Assembly (NCBI GenBank): GCA_001464815.1 | Contig: LNDW01000007.1 | Span: 79,746-143,745 of the forward strand | DNA: 64,000 nt | DNA from: Betaproteobacteria bacterium Ga0077527 | Lineage (GTDB): Bacteria > Pseudomonadota > Gammaproteobacteria > Burkholderiales > SG8-41 | Direction of reading: 5' to 3' | Shown: in pieces, positions 46,084 to 54,203 of the stretch | Layout of the letters: every line of letters begins with the position of its first letter | Numbering within the stretch: position 1 is the first letter of the stretch | The notes under the pieces: model-generated | Database searches by the model: none | What the model saw: the letters and a program-made list of their open reading frames with translations, nothing else | Told to the model about the DNA's origin: nothing | Translations under genes and position numbers: made by a program

Positions 46084-47088
46084 TCAGGGGGTTACAGTGA
46101 CGATGCGCCGTTCGTCGATGGCGGCAAGCACGGCATTGGTCACCGCTACCGTATATGCCGCATCCTCGCCATCGGGCAGCAGGCTGCGTTCGCCGCGGAC
46201 ATCGGCCTCGAAGGCTGTTACCTGCAGATCGTAGGCCGGGCTGACCGGGAAGCGTTCCTGTTCGACGCCGCCCTTGGCATCACGGATGGTGAGGACATGT
46301 TCCTTGGCAAAACGCAGCGGCGAGGTGACCAGCGTGGCGTCGGCACCTTCTACAATCAGGTTATTTTCGGCATTGCCGACTTCGCGCGTGGCGCGGGCCA
46401 GCGCATGGCAGTCGCCCTCGAGCCGGCCGAGCACGGTCATCGTGTCATCTGGGCGGCCCTCGCGGCGGTCGGGATGGGTGAAGGCGGAAACTTCAACGAA
46501 GCGCTGGCCGGTCACGTACTGGATCAGGTCGAGCAGATGTACGCCGACGTCATACATCACGCCGCTTTGCGCAAAATCGTTGCGCCAGGATAGTCGCGAG
46601 CCGAGGCCCGAGGCGCGTTCCAGGGAGACCTCGGCCAGCCGGCCGAGGCGGCCTGAGCGTACGATCTCTCGCGCGCGCACCACCGCCGCATCAAGGCGGA
46701 TCTGGTGGGCGATGCGCAGCACCACGCCGGCCTTGTTGCAAACCGCAACCATTTCCCGTGCCTCGGCCGTCTTCATTGCAAAGGGCTTTTCGCAGAGGAT
46801 GTGCTTGCCGGCACGCGCGCAAGCCAGCACTGCGGCATGGTGCATGGCGTTGGGCAGCGCGATATAGACCGCATCAACCTCCGGGTTGGAAAGTATTCCG
46901 CCGAGATCATCGTGGGCATGCGGCACCTGGAACCTGGCGGCAAAGGCGCGGGATTTTTCCGGTGAACTGCCGAGGCAGGCGGTCAGCTGCGAGCCCGGGC
47001 TCTTGATGATGCCCGGGGTGACGTAATCACTGGCGACCCAGCCGGTGCCGATGATGCCCCAGCGCAGGGGTTTGCGTGGCGTGGTCAT
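46084..47088 (-). CDS. Gfo/Idh/MocA-family NAD(P)-dependent oxidoreductase
   Basis: LRWGIIGTGWVA Rossmann start and the family motif HILCEKP. Confidence 0.8.
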   Translation of the reverse strand: MTTPRKPLRWGIIGTGWVASDYVTPGIIKSPGSQLTACLGSSPEKSRAFAARFQVPHAHDDLGGILSNPEVDAVYIALPNAMHHAAVLACARAGKHILCEKPFAMKTAEAREMVAVCNKAGVVLRIAHQIRLDAAVVRAREIVRSGRLGRLAEVSLERASGLGSRLSWRNDFAQSGVMYDVGVHLLDLIQYVTGQRFVEVSAFTHPDRREGRPDDTMTVLGRLEGDCHALARATREVGNAENNLIVEGADATLVTSPLRFAKEHVLTIRDAKGGVEQERFPVSPAYDLQVTAFEADVRGERSLLPDGEDAAYTVAVTNAVLAAIDERRIVTVTP

Positions 47089-47095
47089 CGCTGAC

Positions 47096-48379
47096 TCAGA
47101 CCACGCCTTCCATCACCTGCACCTCGACCAGCGTGCCCGGTGTGACGTTGCCCTGGTCGGTGGGCAGGATGATGAAGCAGTTGGCTTCGGACATCGAACG
47201 CAGGATTCCAGAGCCCTGTTCGCCGGTGACGCGCACGGTCAGTGCGCCGGCGGCATCGCGGGTCAGGATGCCGCGCTGGAATTCGGTGCGGCCCGGGGCT
47301 TTTTTCAGCGTGGAAGTGCAGGGCACCCTGAAGGTCGGCAGTTCTTCAACCGGATCGCGGCCCGAAAGCTTGAGCAGTGCATCGCGCACAAACTGGTAGA
47401 AGGTCACCATCACCGATACCGGATTGCCGGGCAGGCCGAAGAAATGCGCGTTGCCGATCTTGCCGTAGGCCAGCGGCCGGCCGGGTTTCATCGCGATTTT
47501 CCAGAACACCACTTCGCCCAGCTTGTTCAGCAAGACCTTGACGAAATCGGCCTCACCCACCGATACGCCGCCGCTGGTGATCACCACATCGGCAACTGCT
47601 GCAGCTTCGCGGAACGCGGCTTCGAGCAGTTGCGGGTCGTCGCGGATCACGCCCATGTCGATGATCTCGCAGCCCATGCGGCTGAGCATGCCGTGGATGG
47701 TATAGCGGTTGCTGTCATAGATCTGGCCTTCGCCCAGCGGCGAGCCGATGGATACCAGCTCGTCGCCGGTGGAGAAAAATGCCACGCGCAGTTTCCGGTA
47801 AACCGAAACCTCGGCGATACCCAGCGAGGCGATCAGGCCGATTTCGGCGCTGCGCAGGGGCTGGCCGCGGCGCAACGCGGGCTGGCCCTGTTGCAGATCT
47901 TCACCGGCCTTGCGCAGGTTCTGGCCTTTTTTGTGGCCACCACCGATGGTCACCGTGCCGTCTCCGGCCTCGGTGTGTTCCTGCATGACGATGGTGTCGG
48001 CACCTTCCGGAACCACGCCGCCGGTCATGATGCGCACGGCTTCGCCGGCGCCGACCTTGCCCTTGAACGGCGCACCGGCAAAGGAGCTGCCGGTGACTTT
48101 CAAGGTGACTTTGGCATCGGCCTTGAGATCGGCGATGCGCAGTGCATAACCGTCCATCGCCGAATTGTCATGCGAGGGGACATCCAGCGGCGAGATCACG
48201 TCGGCGGCGAGTATGCGGCCCAGTGCGGCACGTATCGCCACCCGCTCATGGGTGCCCACCGGTGACAGGTAACGCGCGATGACTTCGCGCGCTTTCGGCA
48301 CCGGCATCGAATTCGGATCGTAGTCATCGGCGCAGGACAGTTCGCGCAGCATGCCCTGTTTGGAATTGGCTTCAGTCAT
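47096..48379 (-). CDS. moeA: molybdopterin molybdenumtransferase
   Basis: 427 aa with MoeA blocks (..SP.D.P..DNSAMDGYA.., ..TGDEL......L..G.I.DSN.., ..D...TSGG.S.G..D.., ..PGNPVS..). Confidence 0.9.
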   Translation of the reverse strand: MTEANSKQGMLRELSCADDYDPNSMPVPKAREVIARYLSPVGTHERVAIRAALGRILAADVISPLDVPSHDNSAMDGYALRIADLKADAKVTLKVTGSSFAGAPFKGKVGAGEAVRIMTGGVVPEGADTIVMQEHTEAGDGTVTIGGGHKKGQNLRKAGEDLQQGQPALRRGQPLRSAEIGLIASLGIAEVSVYRKLRVAFFSTGDELVSIGSPLGEGQIYDSNRYTIHGMLSRMGCEIIDMGVIRDDPQLLEAAFREAAAVADVVITSGGVSVGEADFVKVLLNKLGEVVFWKIAMKPGRPLAYGKIGNAHFFGLPGNPVSVMVTFYQFVRDALLKLSGRDPVEELPTFRVPCTSTLKKAPGRTEFQRGILTRDAAGALTVRVTGEQGSGILRSMSEANCFIILPTDQGNVTPGTLVEVQVMEGVV

Positions 48380-48449
48380 CGCGGCATCCTCAAATTAGTC
48401 GATGATTTTATCAGGGGAGATCAGGGGTATAAGACTTGACGGATGAGAC

Positions 48450-49523
48450 TTAACGGATGATCTGTGCCGCGGGCTGCCACTGCAATGCGGCAGTGGAGCG
48501 GTAGCCGGCCAGGCTGTTGACCAGACGGCGGAAGGCACGGCTGTCGAGATGGGCGAGCAGGGCGCGTACACCGGGCCGTACCAGCGAGGCCGGGCGCGCG
48601 GCCAGGTAATAGTGTTCGTTGACCACCGGCACAAAATCCAGCGCGTGTTCGCGTGCCGCGGCCTCAATGCCGAAGGCGACATCGGCCATGCCGCTGGCCA
48701 CGGTGGCGGCAACCGCGGCGTGGGTGAATTCCTCATGGGTGTAGCCGTGGATGTCGGCTGGCGAGACGCCCTGCTGCGAGAGCAGGAAATCCAGGCACAG
48801 CCGTGTGCCCGATCCTGGCTGGCGGTTGACGAAGCGCACACCGGGTTTGCCGAGATCGGCAACGCGCTGCAGCTGTTTGGGATTGCCGGCGCGCACCATC
48901 AGCCCTTGGGTGCGGTCCAGCAGGTGCGTCGCCTGCCAGCCCTTGAGGCCCAGATAGGGGAGGAACTGCGCAGCCAGTGTGCGTGTGCCTGGGATCGCCG
49001 GCAGATGAAAACCCGCCAGATCGCATTGCTTGCGTCGCAACGCGGCGAGGCAGTCGAGGCTGCCGTGGAATTGCAGTTCAAGGCCGATGCCGGTGGCGCG
49101 GGTGAACATCGCGCGCATCTGCGCCAGCGCCAGATCATGGCTGACGTGCAGCACCACACCGGACGAGGCTACCGGCGTCGCGGGCGCCTGGGCGATATGG
49201 GCGACCATCCGGGCTTCGCCTTCGCGCAGGGCGGCTGCGAGAGAGCCATTTACGTCAACCATGCCCTCGAGCAGCTTGGTGCCCAGTGGCGACAGGGCGG
49301 TGCCCCGCCCCTGATGGCGGATCACCAGCTGGTCGCCGAGGCTGTTGCCGGCCGCCTCAAGCAGCCCCCAGGCATGGCGGTAGGACAGGCCGGCGCTTTT
49401 GGCGGCAGCCTGTAAATTGCCATTACGTGCCACCGATTCAAGCAGGGCCACCAACCGGGGCTCGATTTCCAGGGGGCCAAGGGTCCAGCGAATCTGGGCG
49501 CTGATGCGCGGCGAAGGGGGCAT
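48450..49523 (-). CDS. ModE-type winged-HTH fused to a PBP-like ligand domain (TunR-like Mo/W-responsive regulator, by architecture)
   Basis: N-terminus ..L..V...G....AAK..G.SYRHAW.LL...... as in the ModE N-domain. The ~230-aa C-terminal periplasmic-binding-protein-like fold has no signal peptide. Divergent from tupBCA. Confidence 0.65.
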   Translation of the reverse strand: MPPSPRISAQIRWTLGPLEIEPRLVALLESVARNGNLQAAAKSAGLSYRHAWGLLEAAGNSLGDQLVIRHQGRGTALSPLGTKLLEGMVDVNGSLAAALREGEARMVAHIAQAPATPVASSGVVLHVSHDLALAQMRAMFTRATGIGLELQFHGSLDCLAALRRKQCDLAGFHLPAIPGTRTLAAQFLPYLGLKGWQATHLLDRTQGLMVRAGNPKQLQRVADLGKPGVRFVNRQPGSGTRLCLDFLLSQQGVSPADIHGYTHEEFTHAAVAATVASGMADVAFGIEAAAREHALDFVPVVNEHYYLAARPASLVRPGVRALLAHLDSRAFRRLVNSLAGYRSTAALQWQPAAQIIR

Positions 49524-49598
49524 GGTCGGGGAGGGTTCGGGGGAATTTCGGATAATTTCGGCAAACTATTGCATATTAAGGCAGTGCTGATTATGCGG

Positions 49599-49631
49599 GA
49601 ATATCCAGACAAATAATTCATGTCGGATATT
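49599..49631. promoter_or_regulatory. imperfect inverted repeat GAATATCC-N18-GGATATT overlapping the tupB translation start region
   Basis: Read directly from the sequence. Also a direct repeat AATTTCGG at 49544..49551 and 49554..49561, 10-bp phased. Candidate operator(s) for the divergent regulator. Confidence 0.3.
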
Positions 49632-49633
49632 TC

Positions 49634-50338
49634 ATGAGTGAATTGGGGGAGGCTTTTGCCGCAGCCTGGGCGCTGATCGCCGGTGTCGAGCCGGGATTGA
49701 CCGGCATCGTCCTGCTCAGTCTGCAGGTCAGCCTGTCGGCTGTGCTGATCGCCAGTGCCATCGCGCTGCCGCTGGGTGCGGCGATCGCGGTCGGGCGTTT
49801 TCCCGGAAGGCAGGCGCTGATCGTTCTGCTCAATGCGCTGATGGGCCTGCCGCCGGTAGTGGTCGGCCTGCTGGTCTATCTGCTGCTGTCGCGCGCCGGA
49901 CCGATGGGCAGTCTCGGCATCCTGTTCACCCCGACGGCGATGGTGGTGGCGCAGACGGTGCTGGTGATCCCGATCATTGCCGCGCTGTCGCGGCAGGTGA
50001 TTGAGGATGCGTGGCGTGAATATGACGAGCAGTTGCGTTCACTGGGCGCCAGCCGTCCGTCTGCGGCGCTGACGCTGATCTGGGATACCCGGTTTTCGCT
50101 GGTCACCATCGTGCTCGCCGGTTTCGGCCGCGCTGCAGCCGAGGTCGGCGCGGTAATGATAGTCGGCGGCAACATTGATGGCGTGACGCGGGTGATGACC
50201 ACCGCGATTGCGCTCGAAACCAGCAAGGGCGACCTGCCGCTGGCGCTGGGTCTGGGCATCGTGCTGCTGACACTGGTGCTGCTGCTCAACGCACTGGCGG
50301 CGCTGATCCGCGAACTGGCGACGCGGAGGTATGGCTGA
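49634..50338 (+). CDS. tupB: tungstate ABC transporter permease (TupB-like)
   Basis: 234-aa six-TM-type ABC permease in an operon with a TupA-type binding protein. Confidence 0.7.
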   Translation: MSELGEAFAAAWALIAGVEPGLTGIVLLSLQVSLSAVLIASAIALPLGAAIAVGRFPGRQALIVLLNALMGLPPVVVGLLVYLLLSRAGPMGSLGILFTPTAMVVAQTVLVIPIIAALSRQVIEDAWREYDEQLRSLGASRPSAALTLIWDTRFSLVTIVLAGFGRAAAEVGAVMIVGGNIDGVTRVMTTAIALETSKGDLPLALGLGIVLLTLVLLLNALAALIRELATRRYG

Positions 50339-50340
50339 TC

Positions 50341-51045
50341 ATGCTGCCCCTGGAACTGCGCGATCTCAGGTTTTCCGCCGGCGGGCATCCGATCATCCGC
50401 GGCATCTCGGCGCGTATCGAGGCCGGACCGCGCAGCATCATCCTCGGCGCCAATGGCGCCGGCAAAAGTGTGCTGATGCGGCTGTGCCACGGCCTGCTCA
50501 CGCCTTCCGGTGGCGAAGTCATCTGGCATGGCGCCAAGGGTGGTGACCTGCGCCGGCGCCAGGCCATGGTGTTCCAGCGCCCGGTGATGCTGCGCCGCTC
50601 GGCGCTGGCCAATGTGATCTACGGTTTGAAACTTGCAGGCCACTCATCGCGTGAGTGTGAGCTGCGCGCGCAGGATGTGCTTGAGGTGGTCGGGCTGGCG
50701 CAGCAGGCTTCGCGGCCGGCGCGGGTGCTTTCCGGTGGCGAGCAGCAGCGGCTGGCACTGGCGCGGGCCTGGGCACTGGGCCCGGATGTGCTGTTCCTTG
50801 ACGAACCCACGGCCAACCTCGATCCGGCGGCCACCCACGAGATCGAGTCACTGATCAACATGATCCATGCCGCCGGCACCAAGATCATCATGACCACGCA
50901 CAACCTCGGCCAGGCGCGGCGCCTCGGCGACGAGGTGCTGTTCATCGACCGCGGCCTGCTGCGGGAGCAGAGCCCCATCGAACGCTTTTTCAGCCAACCC
51001 GCTTCCAGCGAGGCGGAGACTTTCATCCGGGGAGAACTGCCATGA
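50341..51045 (+). CDS. tupC: tungstate ABC transporter ATP-binding protein (TupC-like)
   Basis: GANGAGKS, LSGGEQQRLALARA, LFLDEPTANLD. Confidence 0.75.
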   Translation: MLPLELRDLRFSAGGHPIIRGISARIEAGPRSIILGANGAGKSVLMRLCHGLLTPSGGEVIWHGAKGGDLRRRQAMVFQRPVMLRRSALANVIYGLKLAGHSSRECELRAQDVLEVVGLAQQASRPARVLSGGEQQRLALARAWALGPDVLFLDEPTANLDPAATHEIESLINMIHAAGTKIIMTTHNLGQARRLGDEVLFIDRGLLREQSPIERFFSQPASSEAETFIRGELP

Positions 51046-51860
51046 ACCGATTCCGCAGAGTGCTGCTGTCACTGGTGTTTGTGTTGTCCGTCACCGGCGT
51101 GCAGGCGCAGCAGACTTTCATCACGGTGGCTTCGACCACATCGACCGAGCAGTCGGGGCTGTTCAAGCACCTGCTTCCGGTGTTCGAAAAAAAGACCGGC
51201 ATCCAGGTGCGGGTGGTGGCGCTGGGCACCGGCCAGGCGCTGGACATGGCGCGCCGCGGCGACGCCGATGTGGTGTTTGTGCACGACCCGGCAGCGGAGG
51301 AGAAATTCGTCGCCGAAGGTTTTGGCCTGCGCCGCCAGGAGGTGATGTACAACGACTTTGTGCTGGTCGGTCCGAAATCCGATCCGGCCAGAATCCTCGG
51401 CAGCCGCGACATTGTTGATGCTTATAAAAAGATCGCAGCGGCCGGTGCCCCCTTCGCCTCGCGCGGTGACAAGAGCGGCACCCATGCCGCCGAACTGCGC
51501 CTGTGGAAAACAGCCGGAGTCGATCCGCAGACCGGCAAGGGCGGCTGGTATCGCGAGACCGGTTCCGGCATGGGGCCGACGCTGAACACCGCCTCGGCGA
51601 TGAATGCCTATGCCTTCACCGACCGCGGCACCTGGCTGTCGTTCAAGAACCGCGGCGACCTGGTGATCGTCGTCGAGGGCGACCAGCGCCTGTTCAACCA
51701 GTACGGCGTGATGCTGGTCAATCCGTCCAAGCACCCGCACGTCAAGCGCGAGCAGGGCCAGGCTTTCGTCGATTGGCTGGTGTCGCCTGAAGGGCAGGCC
51801 ACGATTGCCTCGTACAAGATCGGTCCGGATCAATTGTTCTTTCCCAACACCAAACGCTGA
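51042..51860 (+). CDS. tupA: tungstate-binding periplasmic protein (TupA-like)
   Basis: Signal peptide, then ..ITVASTTSTEQSGL...L.P.FE..TGI.V.VVA.GTGQAL...R.GDADV..VH, the TTTS/SGL anion-binding signature I associate with TupA. Confidence 0.75.
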   Translation: MNRFRRVLLSLVFVLSVTGVQAQQTFITVASTTSTEQSGLFKHLLPVFEKKTGIQVRVVALGTGQALDMARRGDADVVFVHDPAAEEKFVAEGFGLRRQEVMYNDFVLVGPKSDPARILGSRDIVDAYKKIAAAGAPFASRGDKSGTHAAELRLWKTAGVDPQTGKGGWYRETGSGMGPTLNTASAMNAYAFTDRGTWLSFKNRGDLVIVVEGDQRLFNQYGVMLVNPSKHPHVKREQGQAFVDWLVSPEGQATIASYKIGPDQLFFPNTKR

Positions 51861-51880
51861 GCCCGGCGCCTGGGGTATGC

Positions 51881-52942
51881 TTGCGCGCTTTCACAGCGCG
51901 AAATCCCCCGGTGTCATTCACAGAAACCCGTCGCGGCCGTTTACCCCTGCTTGTCGGATGCGGTGTCATCGTGCTGACGCTGCTGGCCGCATGGGCCTTT
52001 GCCCTGGGCCGTTATCCGCTGGCGGTGATGGATGTGCTGCGCGTGTTGTGGTCATGGGCGGGCGGTGCGCCGCACGGGCTCGATCCTGCGGTTGAAACCG
52101 TGGTGCTGCAGATCCGCGGGCCGCGGGTGCTGTCCGCGCTGCTGGTGGGTGCGGCATTGGCCGCGGCCGGTGCGGCCTACCAGAACCTGTTCCGCAATCC
52201 GCTGGTGTCGCCGGATATTCTGGGTGTATCCGCCGGTGCGGCGGTGGGCGCGGTGCTGGGCATTTTCCTGTCGCTGGGGGTGGTGATGATCCAGGGCATG
52301 GCCTTCGCCGGCGGACTGCTGGCGGTGGCCCTGGTGTATTTCACGGCGCGAGCGGTGCGCGGCCATGATCCGCTGCTGGTGCTGGTGCTCGCGGGCGTGG
52401 TGCTGGGTTCGCTGCTCGGTGCCTGCGTCGCACTGATGAAATACCTCGCCGATCCGTACAACCAGCTGCCTGCGATCACTTTCTGGCTGCTTGGCAGTCT
52501 GGCCTCGGTCAATCCGGCCGACCTGCGCCTGGCCGCACCGCTGATGATCATCGGCCTGATTCCGCTGTGGCTGCTGCGCTGGCGCATCAATGTGCTGGCC
52601 CTGGATGATGAGGAGGCGCGGGCGCTGGGTGTGGCCACCGGCCGCATCCGCCTTGTGGTGATCATCTGCGCGACGCTGATGACTTCCGCGGCGGTGGCGA
52701 TCGCCGGCGTGGTCGGCTGGATCGGGCTGGTGATCCCGCATTTCGCGCGGCTGCTGAGCGGTCCTGATTTCTCGCGCCTGCTGCCATTGTCGGTGCTGCT
52801 CGGCGCCGGTTTCCTGGTGGCGGTGGATACGCTGGCGCGTGTGCTCGCCAATGTCGAGATTCCGCTGGGCGTGCTCACCGCCTTTGTCGGCACGCCGCTG
52901 TTCCTGTGGCAGCTTGCCACGGCAAAAAGAGGATTTCAATGA
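51881..52942 (+). CDS. FecCD/BtuC-type (type II) ABC importer permease; MolB-like by context
   Basis: 353 aa, about 10 TM helices, FecCD blocks (..GP.....LL.GA.LA.AGA..Q...RNPL..P..LG...GA..). Putative TTG start. Confidence 0.7.
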   Translation: MRAFTARNPPVSFTETRRGRLPLLVGCGVIVLTLLAAWAFALGRYPLAVMDVLRVLWSWAGGAPHGLDPAVETVVLQIRGPRVLSALLVGAALAAAGAAYQNLFRNPLVSPDILGVSAGAAVGAVLGIFLSLGVVMIQGMAFAGGLLAVALVYFTARAVRGHDPLLVLVLAGVVLGSLLGACVALMKYLADPYNQLPAITFWLLGSLASVNPADLRLAAPLMIIGLIPLWLLRWRINVLALDDEEARALGVATGRIRLVVIICATLMTSAAVAIAGVVGWIGLVIPHFARLLSGPDFSRLLPLSVLLGAGFLVAVDTLARVLANVEIPLGVLTAFVGTPLFLWQLATAKRGFQ

Positions 52943-52952
52943 GATTCGGGCA

Positions 52953-53741
52953 ATGATGCTGGCAGCCGAAGCCCTGGATTTTGGTTATCACGGCCGCAGT
53001 GTTGGTCATGGCGTTTCGCTGCAACTGGCTGCGGGCGAGGTGCTGGCCTTGCTCGGGCCCAACGGCAGTGGCAAGACCACGCTGTTCAAGACCCTGCTCG
53101 GCCTGCTGCCGAAGCAGGGGGGGCGGCTGCTGCTCGATGGCACTGATCTCGAAGCACTTCCGCGCCAAGAGGTTGCGCAGCGTGTCAGTTATGTGCCGCA
53201 GGCGCACGGCACTTTTTTTCCGTACAGCGTGCGCGAAGTGGTGCTGATGGGGCGCACCGCACACCTTGGCCTGTTCGCTATGCCATCGCGGCGTGATCGC
53301 GAACTGGCCGATGAGGCCATCGCGCGTATGGGTCTCACGCAACTTGCCGATGCCGCCTTTACGCAGATCTCCGGCGGCGAACGCCAACTGGTGCTGATCG
53401 CGCGCGCGCTGGCGCAGGCGGCGACGCTGATGGTGATGGATGAGCCGACGGCCAATCTCGACTTCGGCAACCAGCTGCGCGTGCTCGAACGCATCCGCGC
53501 GCTTGCCGACGCGGGCATCGGCGTGCTGCTGTCCACCCACGATCCCGATCAGGTGTTTCTCTGTGCCGACCGCGTGGCCTTGCTGCGCGGCGGAACGCTG
53601 CTCGCCTGCGGCATGCCGCGCGAGGTGATGTCGGATGCCAGCCTGCGCGAGCTGTACGGCGTGGCCGTGGCAGTGACCACGGTGATGGCGGGGCAGGGCG
53701 AACGCCAGGTCTGCCTGCCGCTGTTCGGTGACGGGCGCTGA
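52953..53741 (+). CDS. ABC ATPase partner of the type II importer (FecE/BtuD/MolC-like)
   Basis: GPNGSGKTTL, ISGGERQLVLIARAL, MVMDEPTANLD. The ATG at 52953 is preferred to the ORF-track start at 52839. Confidence 0.7.
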   Translation: MMLAAEALDFGYHGRSVGHGVSLQLAAGEVLALLGPNGSGKTTLFKTLLGLLPKQGGRLLLDGTDLEALPRQEVAQRVSYVPQAHGTFFPYSVREVVLMGRTAHLGLFAMPSRRDRELADEAIARMGLTQLADAAFTQISGGERQLVLIARALAQAATLMVMDEPTANLDFGNQLRVLERIRALADAGIGVLLSTHDPDQVFLCADRVALLRGGTLLACGMPREVMSDASLRELYGVAVAVTTVMAGQGERQVCLPLFGDGR

Positions 53742-53742
53742 C

Positions 53743-54114
53743 ATGGCGCGTTACCCGGGACTGATGCTGCGCATCCTCGCCGAGGATCACCCGGCAATCG
53801 GACCGGGCAAGGCGCAACTGGTGGCGCTGATTGATTCCACGGGTTCCATTTCGGCGGCTGCACGCGAAATGGGCATGTCCTATCGTCGTGCATGGCAACT
53901 GGTGGAGGCGCTGAACGCCAGTTTCATCGAGCCGGTGGTGATGACCGCGGTCGGCGGCAAGCGCGGTGGTGGTGCGGTGGTCACCGCGTTTGGCCGTGAA
54001 CTGGTGCAGCAGTTCCGCGCGATCGAGGACAAGGCCTCGAAAGCCATCGCCACCGACATCGAACGGCTGCAGCGACGGATGCGCAAGCCGCCACGGGCGC
54101 CGCAGCGCCAATGA
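53743..54114 (+). CDS. short ModE-like regulator (N-terminal winged-HTH domain only, no Mop/di-Mop domain)
   Basis: 123 aa: ..GPGKA.L...I..TGSISAAAREMGMSYRRAW.LV..LN......V.....GG..GGGA..T..G. Confidence 0.7.
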   Translation: MARYPGLMLRILAEDHPAIGPGKAQLVALIDSTGSISAAAREMGMSYRRAWQLVEALNASFIEPVVMTAVGGKRGGGAVVTAFGRELVQQFRAIEDKASKAIATDIERLQRRMRKPPRAPQRQ

Positions 54115-54150
54115 TTTCAAGGTTCCTGAATTGCCGCGGTTGCCACACTT

Positions 54151-54174
54151 CGTTATATTCAGAAAAACATAACG
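54151..54174. promoter_or_regulatory. ModE-type operator upstream of modA
   Basis: CGTTATAT-tcagaaaa-ACATAACG. Closely resembles the E. coli modA operator as I recall it (CGTTATATTGTCGCCTACATAACG). Lies 30-53 nt upstream of the modA ATG. Confidence 0.55.
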
Positions 54175-54203
54175 ACGAGACTGGCGGACGCTGTATTTAT
54201 TCC

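Noticed and set aside
241-48265. Other long antisense or out-of-frame ORFs in the track (e.g. 241..1287-, 8342..9253-, 9513..10373-, 11347..12333-, 12812..13651+, 25687..27063-, 34994..36322-, 42021..43019-, 47045..48265+, 52052..52939-)
   Set aside because: Each overlaps a confidently assigned gene in another frame or strand. Their translations are low-complexity and Arg/Pro/Ala/His-rich, without family signatures.
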